From positions 1,673 through 65,672 of the forward strand of contig JAAYTF010000070.1 of assembly GCA_012518125.1 (NCBI GenBank): a stretch of 64,000 nucleotides of DNA, in the 5' to 3' direction. The position numbers and the translations under genes were made by a program. This document shows, piece by piece, positions 48,296 through 63,854 of this stretch (position 1 is its first letter; the number at the start of each line of letters is the position of its first letter). Origin of the DNA: Bacilli bacterium (GTDB lineage: Bacteria; Bacillota; Bacilli; Bacillales; Amphibacillaceae). The notes beneath the pieces were generated by a model, which saw nothing but the letters and a program-made list of their open reading frames with translations, did no database searches and was not told the DNA's origin.

Positions 48296-49153
48296 TCAAA
48301 TGAACGTTTCTTCCAACATGAGGTTGATGAAATTGTTCACTTGCGGCAATTGTTTGCACTCGGGCTGATAGCAAAGCCACGTTTTCCGGCTGATTTTTTC
48401 GCCGTCGATTTCAAGCGGTATGTAATGATACTTTTCAAACAACGATTCCGATACACTTTGCGGCAAAACAGCCATGCCCAAACCTTGTTTCATGAACTGT
48501 TTGCACGTTTCGATCTGGTCGACGCTGATTCGTTGGATCGGCTCGATTTTATTTTGGTTGGCCAGCCAATGTTTGATCACTTCTTCCAAACTGTCGTCAC
48601 TCTTGAAGGAGATGAGCGGACGTTTTTTCACTTCGTCTTTCATGATCGGTTCCGTGTCGAATATGTATAGCGGGTCTTCAAACAACAAGAGGCATTCCAA
48701 ATCTTTTATTTTTTCGCCCCGAACGATGGCGACATGATAGTTGATATAATCCTCTTTGATGTCGCCGCTTGTCCCCGTCACTAAATCGATCGTCACTTTC
48801 GGGAATTTTTTCGTGAATTTTGCCAATATCTTCGGCAAGTAGCGTTGGCTGATGACGGTTGAACAAGCGATTGACAACGTTCCCCGGACTTCGTTGCTCG
48901 AGGCGGCCAATTTGTTTTTAATTTCCATCTCCCGTTTGACGACTTCCCTGGCATGTTCCAAAATCATTTCGCCGCTCGGCGTCAATTGCAGCCGTTTCGC
49001 GGTGCGGATGAAAATTTTTTCGTCGAAATATTGTTCGATATACTTCAACCGTTGCGACACGGCAGGTTGGGATATTAAGATAGCTTTGGCGGTGCCACGT
49101 ACCGTGCCTATCTCGGCAAGCTGGATCAACAGTTCGTAATCGCTTATCTTCAT
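48296..49153 (-). CDS. LysR-family transcriptional regulator
   Basis: The N-terminal wHTH reads MKISDYELLIQLAEIGTVRGTAKAILISQPAVSQRLKYIEQYF. The C-terminus is a LysR substrate-binding fold. The effector is unknown. Confidence 0.9.
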   Translation of the reverse strand: MKISDYELLIQLAEIGTVRGTAKAILISQPAVSQRLKYIEQYFDEKIFIRTAKRLQLTPSGEMILEHAREVVKREMEIKNKLAASSNEVRGTLSIACSTVISQRYLPKILAKFTKKFPKVTIDLVTGTSGDIKEDYINYHVAIVRGEKIKDLECLLLFEDPLYIFDTEPIMKDEVKKRPLISFKSDDSLEEVIKHWLANQNKIEPIQRISVDQIETCKQFMKQGLGMAVLPQSVSESLFEKYHYIPLEIDGEKISRKTWLCYQPECKQLPQVNNFINLMLEETFI

Positions 49154-49218
49154 CGCTACAACCCTTACTATTTTTATTCTCTACCCTATTTTACCATAGT
49201 TGCAATTTTATTATATAG

Positions 49219-49825
49219 TCAATTTTTATCTAATAATTGGCGCCAGGATTTTAGTTCGTTTTTTTCCGCATTCGTTATTTTCTTTTCTTTTTCCAGCATA
49301 TCGAGCAAGAAGTCGTAGCCGGTGATTGTCTCGACTGATACGCCGGCGGCTTTGAAATTCTCCTTCGCCTTTTCCAAACCATAAGAAAAAATCGCCAACA
49401 CGCCGAGCACTTCCGCCCCGGCGTCGCGCAAGACGCGGACAACTTCGAGCGAAGAGCCCCCGGTTGAAATCAAATCTTCAATGACGACGATCTTTTCGCC
49501 CGGTTCAACTTTGCCTTCAATCTGGTTTCCTTTTCCGTGCCCTTTCGGCGATGACCGGACGTAGACCATCGGCAAATTCAATCGTTCGGCGAGCCAAGCG
49601 GCATGGGGGATGCCGGCCGTCGCACATCCGGCAATATTATCCGGTTCCCAACCATTTTTCTGAATCAATTCGACAAAGCCGTCCGCAATTTTCCGCCTTA
49701 CGACAGGATAAGACATTGTCAACCGATTGTCGCAGTAAATCGGCGATTTTATCCCTGATGTCCACGTGAAATATTCATCGGTGCGGATTTGCACCGCTTC
49801 GATTTCCAATAAGTGGCGTGTAATT

Positions 49826-49842
<17 letters not shown>
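49219..49842 (-). CDS. pyrE: Orotate phosphoribosyltransferase
   Basis: ...FTWTSGIKSPIYCDNR...VVIEDLISTGGS PRPP-binding motif. Confidence 0.95.
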
Positions 49843-52202
<2,360 letters not shown>

Positions 52203-55200
52203 TCATCTCACCTCTTGAGCACCGATCGTGTTGGCGGTCAACGTCATCGAATTGATGACGGTCAAAATCGCATCGGCCGTGTCCAAATTCGTCAGACTGA
52301 TGACGCCGTGCTCGACCGCTTCACGTCGAATTCTGAATCCGTCCGTGCGCTGTTGTTTTCCGGACGTAATCGTATTGATGACAAACTGCACTTCGCCGTT
52401 GGTGATCAAGGACAACACGGTACGTTCCCCTTCGCCGATTTTGGCGACGGCGATGACCGGCAAGCCGCGCTTCTCTAAATACGCCGCCGTCCCTTCCGTC
52501 GCGTACAATTGGAACCCTAAGTGATGGAAGCGTCTAGCGATTTTTTCCGCTTCGGCTTTGTCTTTATCGGCGATGGTAATTAATACGGATCCTTCCGTCG
52601 GAATCGAAATGCCGGAAGCCAAAAAGCCCTTATACAACGCTTTTTCAAGCGTCTTATCGTAGCCGATCGCTTCACCGGTCGACTTCATCTCCGGTCCTAG
52701 CGACGTGTCGACGCTGCGCAATTTTTCAAACGAGAAGACTGGAAGTTTGACGTAAACATTTTTCCGTTCCGGAAGAATTTCCGTTTTGAACCCTTTGTCT
52801 TCAAGCGTCTCGCCCAAGATGCAACGCGTCGCGATGTTGGCCATCGTGATGCCGGTGATTTTGCTTAAAAACGGTATCGTCCGGCTTGCGCGCGGGTTCA
52901 CTTCCAAGACGTACACTTCTTCGTCTTGGACGATGAACTGAATGTTAATTAACCCGACGACGTTCAATGTTTTTGCAATTTTATCGGTCGCTTCCAATAT
53001 GTTTTGTTTCACCGTTTCGCTCAAACGTTGCGGCGGATAAACCGCAATCGAATCTCCCGAATGGACGCCCGCCCGTTCAATATGTTCCATGATGCCGGGA
53101 ATGAACGTCGTCTTGCCGTCGCTGATCGCATCGACGTCGACTTCGATCCCCGTCAAGTATTGGTCGATGAGGAGCGGTTTATCTTCGCTAATATTCGTGA
53201 CGATGTTGAGGTAATTCCGCAATTCTTTTTCATCGTGGACGATTTCCATTTGCGCGCCGCCGATGACGTACGAAGGACGGACCAAGACCGGATAGCCGAT
53301 TTCGTTCGCCGTCTCAATCGCTTTAGCTTTATCCGTCACCGCTTTTCCATTCGGTTTTGCCAGATTCAATTCGTCAAGCAATTGTTCAAATTTATTGCGG
53401 TCTTCGGCGCGGTCGATCGCCTCCAAGCTCGTGCCCAAAATGTTGACGCCCCGTTTTTTCAAACCGCTTGCCAAATTGATCGCCGTCTGTCCGCCGAATT
53501 GGACGATAACCCCTTTCGGCTTTTCCAAGTGGACGACGTTCATCACGTCCTCAAGCGTCAGCGGCTCGAAATACAATTTGTCGGAAATGGAAAAATCGGT
53601 CGATACCGTTTCCGGGTTGTTGTTGATGATGATCGCCTCGTAACCCATTTCTTTAATTGCCAAAATCGAATGCACCGTCGCATAGTCGAATTCGATCCCT
53701 TGACCGATCCGGATCGGACCCGAACCGAGCACGATCACTTTTTCTTTTTCCGATACGATCGATTCGTTTTCCTCTTCATACGTGCTGTAAAAATAAGGTG
53801 CATCGGAATCGTAAATACCGGCGCAGCTGTCGACCATTTTATATACCGGTTTAATATTTTCTTTCATCCGGAACTCGTAAATTGCTTCGACATCGGTTTG
53901 CCAAACGCGGGCGAGCTGTTCATCGGAAAACCCGAGTCGTTTCGCCTTCCTTAACAGCCTTTCGTCAAAAGGCGCACGTTTCAGCTCCTCTTCAAAGTCG
54001 ATGATCCCTTTTATTTTCGTTAAAAAGAAATGGTCGATCTTCGTATGAGCGTGAATATCGTCCACGGAGCTTTCGCGCCGGAACATTTCCGCGATGACAA
54101 ATAAACGCTCGTCATCCGCTTCCTTCAAACGGCAGATCAACGTTTCATCGTCTTCGTTTTCCAGATGCGGCAAGTAAAAATCGCCATTGGCAATTTCCAG
54201 GGAGCGGATTCCTTTTAGCAGCGATTCTTCGAACGTCCGGCCGATTGCCATCACTTCCCCGGTCGCTTTCATTTGTGTTCCGAGCTTCCGATCGCCGAAA
54301 ATGAACTTGTCAAACGGGAAACGCGGAATTTTCGTGACGACGTAATCGAGCGCAGGCTCGACATTGGCGTAAGTCCCTTCGTTTAACGGGTGTTTGATTT
54401 CATCAAGCGTCAAGCCAATGGCAATTTTGGCGGCGATTTTCGCAATCGGATAGCCGGTCGCTTTCGACGCCAATGCGGATGAACGGCTTACCCGCGGGTT
54501 CACCTCGATGATGTAATATTGAAAACTTTCCGGGTCGAGTGCCAATTGCACGTTGCAACCGCCTTCGATTTTCAAGGCGCGGATCAGTTTCAGCGAAACG
54601 TGGCGCAACAGCTGATATTCGCGGTCAGATAACGTCTGCGATGGCGCAACGACGATTGAATCGCCGGTATGGATGCCGACGGGATCGATATTTTCCATGT
54701 TGCAAACGACGATCGCCTGGTCTTTTTTGTCGCGGATCACTTCATATTCGATTTCTTTGAAGCCGGCGATGCTTTTTTCAACCAAACATTGACCGACGGG
54801 CGACAATTCGAGACCGTTTTTTACGATGTGGCGCAATTCCTTTTCATCATGGCACATGCCGCCGCCGGTGCCCCCCAATGTGAACGCCGGCCGGACGATC
54901 ACCGGATAGCCGATTTCGTTGGCGAATACGACCGCATCCTCCACGTCGGTGACGATTTCGCTCGGGGGAACCGGTTCGTTCAGCTCTTCCATCAAAGCCC
55001 GGAATTTTTCACGGTCTTCGGCAAGTTGTATCGCCTCCAGCGATGTCCCCAACAATTCTACCTCGTATTTTTCCAAAATGCCCATGTTGTCAAGTTCAAT
55101 CGCCAAGTTGAGCCCCGTCTGCCCTCCGAGCGTTGGCAATAGCGCATCAGGGCGTTCTTTTTGAATGATTTTTTTCAGAAAATCTACCGTAAGTGGTTCC

Positions 55201-55397
55201 ATGTACACCTTGTCGGCGACCGTTTCGTCCGTCATGATTGTCGCCGGATTCGAGTTGGCCAAAATGACGGTGTACCCTTCTTCTTTCAACGCTTGACACG
55301 CTTGCGTACCGGAATAATCAAACTCTGCCGCTTGTCCGATGACGATCGGTCCCGAGCCGATGACCAAAATCGTCTCGATATCAGTCCGTTTTGCCAT
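52203..55397 (-). CDS. carB: Carbamoyl-phosphate synthase large subunit (pyrimidine-specific)
   Basis: 1064 aa with a duplicated ATP-grasp. [33 protein letters not shown]...second half [19 protein letters not shown]. Confidence 0.97.
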   Translation of the reverse strand: MAKRTDIETILVIGSGPIVIGQAAEFDYSGTQACQALKEEGYTVILANSNPATIMTDETVADKVYMEPLTVDFLKKIIQKERPDALLPTLGGQTGLNLAIELDNMGILEKYEVELLGTSLEAIQLAEDREKFRALMEELNEPVPPSEIVTDVEDAVVFANEIGYPVIVRPAFTLGGTGGGMCHDEKELRHIVKNGLELSPVGQCLVEKSIAGFKEIEYEVIRDKKDQAIVVCNMENIDPVGIHTGDSIVVAPSQTLSDREYQLLRHVSLKLIRALKIEGGCNVQLALDPESFQYYIIEVNPRVSRSSALASKATGYPIAKIAAKIAIGLTLDEIKHPLNEGTYANVEPALDYVVTKIPRFPFDKFIFGDRKLGTQMKATGEVMAIGRTFEESLLKGIRSLEIANGDFYLPHLENEDDETLICRLKEADDERLFVIAEMFRRESSVDDIHAHTKIDHFFLTKIKGIIDFEEELKRAPFDERLLRKAKRLGFSDEQLARVWQTDVEAIYEFRMKENIKPVYKMVDSCAGIYDSDAPYFYSTYEEENESIVSEKEKVIVLGSGPIRIGQGIEFDYATVHSILAIKEMGYEAIIINNNPETVSTDFSISDKLYFEPLTLEDVMNVVHLEKPKGVIVQFGGQTAINLASGLKKRGVNILGTSLEAIDRAEDRNKFEQLLDELNLAKPNGKAVTDKAKAIETANEIGYPVLVRPSYVIGGAQMEIVHDEKELRNYLNIVTNISEDKPLLIDQYLTGIEVDVDAISDGKTTFIPGIMEHIERAGVHSGDSIAVYPPQRLSETVKQNILEATDKIAKTLNVVGLINIQFIVQDEEVYVLEVNPRASRTIPFLSKITGITMANIATRCILGETLEDKGFKTEILPERKNVYVKLPVFSFEKLRSVDTSLGPEMKSTGEAIGYDKTLEKALYKGFLASGISIPTEGSVLITIADKDKAEAEKIARRFHHLGFQLYATEGTAAYLEKRGLPVIAVAKIGEGERTVLSLITNGEVQFVINTITSGKQQRTDGFRIRREAVEHGVISLTNLDTADAILTVINSMTLTANTIGAQEVR

Positions 55398-56486
55398 TTA
55401 CATTGCACCGCCTTTTCGCTTACATTTTTCAATCATGTCCAAAAAGTCATCGAATAAATAGTTTGTTTCGCTTGGGCCAGGAGCCCCTTCCGGATTGAAT
55501 TGAACCGAAATGGCCGGGAACCGTTTATGTTTCAATCCCGCAATCGAACCGTCGTTTGTCTCACGGAATGTCACTTCCAAATCCGTGTTTCCCAAAGAAG
55601 GTTCATCGACGGTAAAATGTCTGCTTTCCGTCGCCACGAATGTTTTATCTTTTGCCAAATCTTTGATGGCAAAATTCGTGCCGTATTTTCCGACGTGCAG
55701 TTTTTTCGTATCGGCGCCGCAAGCGAGCGCCAACAACTGATGGCCGAGACCAATGCCAAAGAGCGGCACGTTGCCGAGCAAATCTTTGATCGCATCGAGC
55801 GTCGCTGCGGCTGCTTTCGGATCCCCTGGCCCATTTGAGACGAGGACGCCGTCCGGTTTGAAACGCATGATGTCTTCCGCCGTGTAATCATAAGGGACGA
55901 CCGTGACATTGCACTGCCTAGCCGTCAGTTCGTATAAAATGCTATGTTTCAAACCCAAATCGATGACCGTGATACGCGCCCCCCTGCCCGGAACGATGTA
56001 AGGCTTTGTGATCGAAGCTTCTTTTACAAAATCGCGGCTTTCCCAATCATCAAATAGCGATGCGTGAAACGCCGTTTCTTCACCGGCCGCGGTGATGATG
56101 CCCCGCATCGTTCCTTTTTTCCTCAAGATGCGGGTCAACATCCTTGTGTCGATTCCGCTAATTCCAGGAATTCCTTGTTCCTTCAAAAAAGCATCGAGCG
56201 TCTTTTCCGATCGGAAATTGGACGGCGTGTTGCAACATTCTTTGACAACGATTCCTTCGACATACGGCACAATCGATTCGAAATCGTCGCGGTTGATGCC
56301 GTAATTGCCGACCAAAGGATAGGTGAGCGTCACGATATGCCCGTTGTAATTCGGGTCGGTCAACATTTCTTGATAGCCCGTCATGCCGGCATAAAAAACG
56401 ACTTCGCCGCGGGCTTGCCCTTCACTGCCAAACGCGTTTCCGGTCAATACCGTCCCATCTTCCAATATCAAACTGCGCTTAAGCAT
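55398..56486 (-). CDS. carA: Carbamoyl-phosphate synthase small (glutaminase) subunit
   Basis: ...[14 protein letters not shown]...GIGLGHQLL (Cys replaced in the consensus GICLGHQ; the triad region is present)...HFTV. Its position before carB matches B. subtilis. Confidence 0.94.
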   Translation of the reverse strand: MLKRSLILEDGTVLTGNAFGSEGQARGEVVFYAGMTGYQEMLTDPNYNGHIVTLTYPLVGNYGINRDDFESIVPYVEGIVVKECCNTPSNFRSEKTLDAFLKEQGIPGISGIDTRMLTRILRKKGTMRGIITAAGEETAFHASLFDDWESRDFVKEASITKPYIVPGRGARITVIDLGLKHSILYELTARQCNVTVVPYDYTAEDIMRFKPDGVLVSNGPGDPKAAAATLDAIKDLLGNVPLFGIGLGHQLLALACGADTKKLHVGKYGTNFAIKDLAKDKTFVATESRHFTVDEPSLGNTDLEVTFRETNDGSIAGLKHKRFPAISVQFNPEGAPGPSETNYLFDDFLDMIEKCKRKGGAM

Positions 56487-57765
56487 TTAAATCACCTTCG
56501 TAAACAATTTCCCCGCCGAAAATCGTCAACATCGGAATGCCATAAACTTTCCAGCCATCAAATGGCGTGTTTTTCCCTTTCGAGCGGAAACTCGATGCAT
56601 CGATCGTTTCTTCACGTTCCAAATCGATCAACGTCAAATCCGCAGCTCCCCCTTCTTTTAACGCGCCGTAAGGCAAATTAAACGTCTTTGCCGGGTTGAT
56701 CGTAAATTGTTCGATCAACCGTTCCAACGTCATCATCCCTTTTTTCACAAAATGTGTATACATGAGCGGAAAGGCCGTTTCCAAGCCGACGATGCCAAAC
56801 GGCGCTTTCAAAAAGCCTTGCGCTTTTTCATCTTCCGTGTGTGGTGCATGATCGGTCGCGATGAAATCGATCGTTCCATCGAACAGTCCTTCGATGAGCG
56901 CTTCACGGTCTTCTGTTGAGCGAAGCGGCGGATTCATCTTGAAATTGGCGTCGTCTTCCAAAATGTCTTCTTCCGTCAATAATAGATGATGTGGCGTCAC
57001 TTCCGCTGTGACACGGATTCCTGCCCGTTTTGCGTCGCGGATGACGCGTACGCTTTCTTTCGTACTGACGTGGCAGACGTGGTAATGGCATCCCGCCTCT
57101 TCTGCCAAAAGCACATCGCGGGCGATATGAACCGCTTCACTGACGCTTAAAATGCCGGGCAAACGCAAACGTCTGCTCACTTCCCCTTCATGGATCACAC
57201 CGCCGTAAAGGAGCGAGTTATCTTCGCAATGCGCGACGATCGCTTTGTCGTTTTTTGCCGCTTCTCGCATCGCTTCGAGCATTTTTCCCGCTTCCTGCAC
57301 GCCGACACCATCGTCGGTAAAGGCAAAGACACCCATTTTCGCCAATTCCGCTATATCCGTTAGTTCCTCTCCTTTTAAGCCTTTTGTGATGGAGCCGTAA
57401 GGTAATACGCGGATGATGGCATCTTCGTTGATCCTTTCCAGCAAATCGCTGATGACGTCTTTATTGTCGGGGACGGGATTCGTGTTCGGCATCGCGCAAA
57501 TCGTCGTATATCCGCCGCGCGCCGCTGCCATCGTCCCTGTCCGAATCGTCTCCTTATGTTCCCCGCCCGGTTCCCTTAAGTGGACGTGGACGTCGATGAA
57601 TCCCGGAGTGACCAACATGCCTTTGCCATCGATGATGCGTTCGGCATTTTCCTCGATTTCCGTTTCCGAAATCCGTTTGATGATCCCCTCTTCGATGAGA
57701 ATCTCGCACGATTCCAACTCGTTTCCTTTTTTGACGCGTTTAACATTTTTCAAGATCGTCTTCAT
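56479..57765 (-). CDS. pyrC: Dihydroorotase
   Basis: ...[16 protein letters not shown]...ATDHAPH. It overlaps pyrB by 26 nt. Confidence 0.95.
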   Translation of the reverse strand: MKTILKNVKRVKKGNELESCEILIEEGIIKRISETEIEENAERIIDGKGMLVTPGFIDVHVHLREPGGEHKETIRTGTMAAARGGYTTICAMPNTNPVPDNKDVISDLLERINEDAIIRVLPYGSITKGLKGEELTDIAELAKMGVFAFTDDGVGVQEAGKMLEAMREAAKNDKAIVAHCEDNSLLYGGVIHEGEVSRRLRLPGILSVSEAVHIARDVLLAEEAGCHYHVCHVSTKESVRVIRDAKRAGIRVTAEVTPHHLLLTEEDILEDDANFKMNPPLRSTEDREALIEGLFDGTIDFIATDHAPHTEDEKAQGFLKAPFGIVGLETAFPLMYTHFVKKGMMTLERLIEQFTINPAKTFNLPYGALKEGGAADLTLIDLEREETIDASSFRSKGKNTPFDGWKVYGIPMLTIFGGEIVYEGDLNA

Positions 57766-58651
57766 CGATAAGCCCCCAATTTCGTAATAATTTCGTCAAT
57801 ATCGCCATACGGATGTACACTCCGTTTTGCATCTGTTTAAAAATCCTTGAGCGTTCCGCTTCCACCAACGCCGCATCGATTTCGACTCCGCGGTTGACCG
57901 GCCCCGGATGCATAATGATCGCATCGCTTTTCATGTTTCGTTCGCGTTCAATGGTTAAGCCATAACGTTCATGATAATTGTCGAGCGTTGTTTCGGATTC
58001 CTTTTCGTGACGTTCGTGCTGGATGCGCAAAAGCATCAATACATCGGCAAAACGCACCGCTTCGTCGATTTCCACGTACGGGTATTTGCCGTCTTCATCC
58101 ATATGTTCATTCGGCCCCGAGACGAACACTTGCGCGCCCAATTTGTCGAGCAAATCAGCGCTGGAATGTGCCACGCGGCTATGTTTAATATCACCTGCGA
58201 TGACGACGTTCAACCCTTCAAAACGGTGAAATTCGTGAAAAATCGTATATGCGTCCAATAAGCTTTGTGTCGGGTGCGCTTTTTTCCCCGCCCCGCCGTT
58301 GATGACCGGGATTGAAACGTATGGTGTGATTTGTTTCGCCCAATCATCGTCGCGGTGGCGGATGACGACGATGTTCGCCCCGATCGCTTCAAACGTTTTT
58401 ACGGTGTCGAGCAACGTTTCACCTTTGTTGATGCTGGACAGTTCAGGTTGAAAATCCAACGCTTCGATGCGCAATTTCCGTTCCGCCACGATAAAACTCG
58501 TTTTCGTCCGTGTGCTCGGTTCAAAAAACAAATTTCCGGCAAAAAGTTGTTTTTTGATCGCATACCTCCCATGTTGAAAACGGTCGGCCAATTGAAATAT
58601 TTCTTGAATATCACTTATTTCCAAGTCATCCACTGTGATGAGATGGTCCAT
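57740..58651 (-). CDS. pyrB: Aspartate carbamoyltransferase catalytic subunit
   Basis: ...[12 protein letters not shown]...HPTQ...HSRVAHS...[12 protein letters not shown]. Confidence 0.96.
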   Translation of the reverse strand: MDHLITVDDLEISDIQEIFQLADRFQHGRYAIKKQLFAGNLFFEPSTRTKTSFIVAERKLRIEALDFQPELSSINKGETLLDTVKTFEAIGANIVVIRHRDDDWAKQITPYVSIPVINGGAGKKAHPTQSLLDAYTIFHEFHRFEGLNVVIAGDIKHSRVAHSSADLLDKLGAQVFVSGPNEHMDEDGKYPYVEIDEAVRFADVLMLLRIQHERHEKESETTLDNYHERYGLTIERERNMKSDAIIMHPGPVNRGVEIDAALVEAERSRIFKQMQNGVYIRMAILTKLLRNWGLIDEDDLEKC

Positions 58652-58692
58652 CCATTATACACCTCTTTACAGAAGTTAGATAAACTTTCGGT

Positions 58693-58797
58693 ATAAAAAA
58701 TGCCTCTTTGCACAAAAAGGTTGCAAAGAGGCATAAAAAGGCACAATAAACCCATTTTGCAACCCTTTTAAATCTCACAGGATTTAATTAAAGGAAT
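58693..58797 (-). promoter_or_regulatory. PyrR-dependent transcription attenuator (pyrR-pyrB intercistronic)
   Basis: On the minus strand, the binding hairpin CCTTTAATTAAATCCTGTGAGATTTAAAAGG (58794-58763) resembles the PyrR box UCCAGAGAGG. The terminator ATGCCTCTTTGCA...TGCAAAGAGGCAT follows (58734-58700), then TTTTTTAT. Confidence 0.8.
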
Positions 58798-58799
58798 TG

Positions 58800-59492
<693 letters not shown>

Positions 59493-59512
59493 TTCGTATG
59501 AACTTCTCTTGT

Positions 59513-59541
59513 ATTATCACAAATCACACTTGTGAAGTCAA
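59513..59541 (-). promoter_or_regulatory. Putative sigma-A promoter of the pyr operon
   Basis: The minus strand reads TTGACT (59541-59536), a 17-nt spacer and an extended -10 TGtGATAAT (ending at 59513). It overlaps the rluD stop codon. Confidence 0.5.
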
Positions 59542-60458
59542 GCCTTATTTCGGCATATTTTCAACAAGTTTTCGAAATCTTGCGGCCGTTCGACGGAAAA
59601 CTCAACATACTCTTCTTTGCGGGGATGGACGAAGCCCAACGTTTTGGCAAATAATGCTTGATGTTGAATCAAGTCTGTCTTGAACGGGCTGTACAGTCTG
59701 TCACCGACAATCGGATGATTGATATATTGCATGTGGACACGGATTTGATGGGTTCTTCCGGTAATGAGGCTGCATTCGACATGTGTATAGCCGTTCATAC
59801 GTTCCAACACGTTAAAATGGGTTTCGGCGTCTTTTCCGGATGAAACGACGGCCATTTTCGCCCTGTTTTTCGGATCGCGTCCAATCGGCGCTTGGATGAC
59901 ACCGTTGTCGAATTCAATTTCACCATGTACGATTGCTTCGTAAATGCGCTTCACTAAATGATGTTTAAACTGATCTTTCAAATTGGCGTGCGTTTCATTG
60001 TTTTTGCATACGACCAACACGCCGCTCGTGTATTGGTCGAGACGATGGACGATCCCCGGCCGCTCTTCGCCGCTTAAGGTGGACAATTGATCGGTGTAAT
60101 GTTTCAACGCATTTACGAGCGTGCCTGATTGGACGTGTTCCGTTGGATGGACGAGCATGCCTTTCGGCTTGTTGATGACGATGATGTCATCATCTTCGTA
60201 TATGATATCCAAAGGGATCGGTTCAGGTTCGATGTAAAACAACGCATCTTCAGGAACAAACCATTGGACGACGTCGCCTCGTTTGCATTTATAATTCGCT
60301 TTTACCGTTTTATTATTCACTTTGACGTTTTGGTCTTTGATCCACGTTTGTATTTGTTGACGTGAATAACCGCCGTTTAACATGACAAGCAATTTATCGA
60401 TTCGGGTATTTTCTTCATCTCCTGTCACTACATGTTCGTATACATACAATCGAGTCAC
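59538..60458 (-). CDS. rluD: 23S rRNA pseudouridine synthase RluD family (YlyB)
   Basis: N-terminal S4 domain. The catalytic motif reads [14 protein letters not shown]. ...[10 protein letters not shown]. It overlaps lspA by ATGA. Confidence 0.94.
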   Translation of the reverse strand: MTRLYVYEHVVTGDEENTRIDKLLVMLNGGYSRQQIQTWIKDQNVKVNNKTVKANYKCKRGDVVQWFVPEDALFYIEPEPIPLDIIYEDDDIIVINKPKGMLVHPTEHVQSGTLVNALKHYTDQLSTLSGEERPGIVHRLDQYTSGVLVVCKNNETHANLKDQFKHHLVKRIYEAIVHGEIEFDNGVIQAPIGRDPKNRAKMAVVSSGKDAETHFNVLERMNGYTHVECSLITGRTHQIRVHMQYINHPIVGDRLYSPFKTDLIQHQALFAKTLGFVHPRKEEYVEFSVERPQDFENLLKICRNKA

Positions 60459-60919
60459 GTCCTTTTCTTGTTTCTTTCATCATAAAATAGAGCTATCAAA
60501 AATAATACGACTCCGATGAAAAGAAACGAGTCGGCAACGTTGAAAATGGGATAATCGTAAGTAAAAATCATGACATCGATAAAATCGACGACCTCTTTGC
60601 GAAATAGGCGATCGATGAAATTTCCGATCGCGCCGCCGAGAATAAATGCAATCGCAATCCGTTGCAAGATGCTCTCCGACGTGTGCTTATGGAGATAATA
60701 GATCAAACCGATGACGACAATGACGGTGATGATATAAAAAAACAACATCTGGTTTTGCAAAATTCCCCACGCCGCTCCTTTGTTGCGATGCGACGTGATA
60801 TATAAAAAATCGTCGATGAGCGTAATCCTTTCTCCCAATTCCATATGTTTTACGATCAGCCACTTCGTCCATTGGTCGAATAAGATGATGGCCAGTGCAA
60901 TGATGTAATATCGGTGCAT
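60455..60919 (-). CDS. lspA: Lipoprotein signal peptidase (signal peptidase II)
   Basis: 154 aa with four TM segments. ...NKGAAWG... and ...FNVADS... are the catalytic Asp motifs. Confidence 0.95.
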   Translation of the reverse strand: MHRYYIIALAIILFDQWTKWLIVKHMELGERITLIDDFLYITSHRNKGAAWGILQNQMLFFYIITVIVVIGLIYYLHKHTSESILQRIAIAFILGGAIGNFIDRLFRKEVVDFIDVMIFTYDYPIFNVADSFLFIGVVLFLIALFYDERNKKRT

Positions 60920-61012
60920 ACGATTTTTCCCCTTTTTTCCAATCTCATTTCTCTTCTACGATTAAAAGTGCCCTCTAATAAGCGTAAATGTATTTTTCGC
61001 TTTGTGCAAGTG

Positions 61013-61076
61013 AAATAAAAAAAACAGAATCTAGAGCTATTTTATGATGATAAAATAGATAGATTCTGTTTTTTTA
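61013..61076 (-). terminator. Intrinsic terminator after ileS
   Basis: AACAGAATCT (61023-61032) pairs with AGATTCTGTT (61061-61070), with an inner CTATTTTA/TAAAATAG helix. A T8 run follows on the minus strand. A T-run is also present on the + strand. Confidence 0.8.
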
Positions 61077-61082
61077 TCTCGT

Positions 61083-63854
61083 TTATTTTGAAATGACGTC
61101 GCTGTAATGTTCTTCCACGATGTCCGCACAACGTTGGCACAATGTCGGATATTTTTCGTTTTCGCCGACGGAATGGGACATGACCCAACAACGTTCACAT
61201 TTTTCGCCCGGATGCTTTTCGACGAAAATGTTGACTAAATTGTATTCGCGCCCCTCAGGTCCTACTTCCCCGATATTGGCTTCGGAAACGATCAACAATT
61301 GATGCAAATGTGGAATGGATGATAAAACTTCTTTCGTGTATTCGTCCTTCGGTTCAATCGTAATTTTTGCTTCGAGCGGTTTTCCGATCAATTTTTCGTT
61401 CCGCTTTTCTTCGAGCGCTTTTAATACGTCGTCGCGCACTTTCATGAAGTGCTCCCATTTTCTGATCATCTCTTCCGTCACGAGCGGGAGTTCGCGGCTT
61501 TCCGGAATATCGGTGAGCTGCGCAAACGGCGCTTCGACGTACTTGATATGCTCCCACACCTCTTCGGTCGTATGCGGGATGATCGGCGTCAGCAACTTCA
61601 CTAGCGACAAGAGCGTTTCATAGTACACCGTTTGAATGCTGCGGCGGCGCTTGTCGTTCGGCGCTTCGATGTATAAAATGTCTTTTGCGAAATCCAAATA
61701 GAACGCACTCAACTCAAGCGTCATGAAGTTCAAAATTTCATGGAAGCCGTCTTGGAAATTGTATTCATCGTAGCTTGCACGAACGTTCTTGATCACTTGT
61801 TGCAAGCGATAAAGCATGTATAAATCGATTTCTTCGAGTTCATCTTCTTTCAGCGCATCGACGTTCGGGTCGAAATCTTGCAAGTTGCCGAGCAAGAAAC
61901 GGAACGTGTTACGAACTTTGCGATAGTTTTCCGCCACTTGTTTTAAAATGTCATCGGAAATTCTGACGTCCGCTTGGTAATCGACGGATGCCACCCAAAG
62001 GCGCAAAATATCCGTACCGTATTGCTTTTGAATTTTCGCCGGTTCTACGACGTTGCCGAGCGATTTGCTCATTTTGCGGCCTTCTCCGTCCAAAACGAAT
62101 CCGTGGCTGACGACGCCTTTATACGGCGCTTTCCCCGTCGTTGCAACAGCTGTCGACAACGATGAGTTAAACCATCCGCGGTATTGGTCGGAACCTTCCA
62201 AATAAATGTCCGCCGGACGGCGCAACCCTTCGCGCTGGTTGAGCACCGCTTCGTGCGATGAACCGGAGTCGAACCATACGTCCATAATATCCGTTTCTTT
62301 CGTAAACTTGCCGTTCGGGCTATGTTCAGACGTGAACCCTTCAGGCAACAGGTCTTTTGCGTCCCATTCAAACCAGATGTTTGAACCGTGTTCGCGGAAC
62401 AAGTTGGACACGTGTTCGATCGTTTCATCGGTGATGATCGGTGTGCCGTCTTCGCCATAAAAGACCGGAATCGGGACACCCCACGTCCGCTGGCGGGAAA
62501 TGCACCAATCCTCACGATCGCGCACCATGTTATAAATCCGCGTTTCTCCCCAATGTGGATACCATTGGACGTTACGGATTTCTTTCAAGATGTCATCGCG
62601 GAAGTCTTTGATGGACGCAAACCACTGTGACGTCGCTCTAAAAATCGTCGGTTGTTTCGTGCGCCAATCGTGTGGATACGAGTGCGTAATGAATGTAAAA
62701 TGCAACAAAGCTCCCGCTTCTTTCAACTTTTCCGTGACGACTTTGTTGGCATCTTCATAAAACAAACCTTCAAACCCCGGTGCTTCGTCGGTGAATTTTC
62801 CTTGTTCGTCAACCGGGCAAAATGCTTCGATGCCGTATTGTTTCGATACGTAAAAGTCTTCCTCCCCGTGTCCTGGCGCTGTATGGACGCATCCTGTACC
62901 CGATTCCGTCGTGACGTGCGTTCCGAGCATGACTAAGATGTCACGATCGTAGAAAGGGTGTTTGGCGACGATGCGCTCCGCTTCACGCCCCATGAATGTT
63001 TTCAAGACATCATAGTTTTCCCATTCAAGTTTTTCGGCAATTTGTTCAACCAAATCGTGGGCGACGACAAAACGGTCAGCGTCGACTTTGACGACATCGT
63101 ATTGCAAATCCGGATGCAGCGTGATGCCCAAGCTCGCCGGTATCGTCCAAGGAGTCGTCGTCCAAATGACGATTTTCGTGCCGTTTTCTAACACGCCTTT
63201 TCCGTCGATGACTTCGTAGGCGACATAAATCGACGGCGAACGTTTATCTTTATATTCAATTTCCGCTTCTGCCAGAGCCGATTCGGATGAAGGCGACCAA
63301 TAAACAGGCTTGTAACCTTTGTAAATGTAGCCTTTTTTCGCCATTTCCCCGAACACTTTAATTTGGGCCGCTTCATATTCTTTCGTCAATGTCAAATATG
63401 GGTTTTCCCAATCGCCAAGGGAACCGAACGATTTCCGCTGTTCCTTTTGGCGTTCCACTTGCTCAAGCGCATATTGGGCGCATTTTTCCCTAAATTCGGA
63501 AACGCTGAAATTTTTTCTGTCGATATTTTCTTTTTTGATGAGCGCTGTTTCAATCGGGAGTCCATGTGTGTCCCATCCAGGCACGTACGGTGCATGATAA
63601 CCGGACATCGATTTGTAACGGACGATGAAATCTTTTAAAATCTGGTTCAACGCATGCCCGATGTGCAAGTCGCCGTTGGCGTAAGGTGGTCCGTCATGCA
63701 AGATGAACAGCGGTCTTCCTTTCGTGCGTTCTTGCACCTTTTCGTACAATTTTTCTTCTTCCCATTGTTTGCGACGAATTGGTTCTTTATTCGGCAAATT
63801 TCCCCGCATTGGAAATTCCGTTTTAGGCATCAACAGTGTCTCTTTATAATCCAT
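61083..63854 (-). CDS. ileS: Isoleucyl-tRNA synthetase
   Basis: 923 aa with HIGH ([12 protein letters not shown]), KMSKS (RKMSKSLGN) and a C-terminal zinc motif (CERC...CQRC). A GAAGGAGG SD is present. Confidence 0.97.
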   Translation of the reverse strand: MDYKETLLMPKTEFPMRGNLPNKEPIRRKQWEEEKLYEKVQERTKGRPLFILHDGPPYANGDLHIGHALNQILKDFIVRYKSMSGYHAPYVPGWDTHGLPIETALIKKENIDRKNFSVSEFREKCAQYALEQVERQKEQRKSFGSLGDWENPYLTLTKEYEAAQIKVFGEMAKKGYIYKGYKPVYWSPSSESALAEAEIEYKDKRSPSIYVAYEVIDGKGVLENGTKIVIWTTTPWTIPASLGITLHPDLQYDVVKVDADRFVVAHDLVEQIAEKLEWENYDVLKTFMGREAERIVAKHPFYDRDILVMLGTHVTTESGTGCVHTAPGHGEEDFYVSKQYGIEAFCPVDEQGKFTDEAPGFEGLFYEDANKVVTEKLKEAGALLHFTFITHSYPHDWRTKQPTIFRATSQWFASIKDFRDDILKEIRNVQWYPHWGETRIYNMVRDREDWCISRQRTWGVPIPVFYGEDGTPIITDETIEHVSNLFREHGSNIWFEWDAKDLLPEGFTSEHSPNGKFTKETDIMDVWFDSGSSHEAVLNQREGLRRPADIYLEGSDQYRGWFNSSLSTAVATTGKAPYKGVVSHGFVLDGEGRKMSKSLGNVVEPAKIQKQYGTDILRLWVASVDYQADVRISDDILKQVAENYRKVRNTFRFLLGNLQDFDPNVDALKEDELEEIDLYMLYRLQQVIKNVRASYDEYNFQDGFHEILNFMTLELSAFYLDFAKDILYIEAPNDKRRRSIQTVYYETLLSLVKLLTPIIPHTTEEVWEHIKYVEAPFAQLTDIPESRELPLVTEEMIRKWEHFMKVRDDVLKALEEKRNEKLIGKPLEAKITIEPKDEYTKEVLSSIPHLHQLLIVSEANIGEVGPEGREYNLVNIFVEKHPGEKCERCWVMSHSVGENEKYPTLCQRCADIVEEHYSDVISK

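Noticed and set aside
53004-53954. A 316-aa + strand ORF, the longest + strand frame in the pyr region.
   Set aside because: It lies entirely antisense to carB, whose minus-strand product has unambiguous CPSase motifs. The translation is R/F/D-rich and low in complexity, with no SD. This is a typical shadow ORF.
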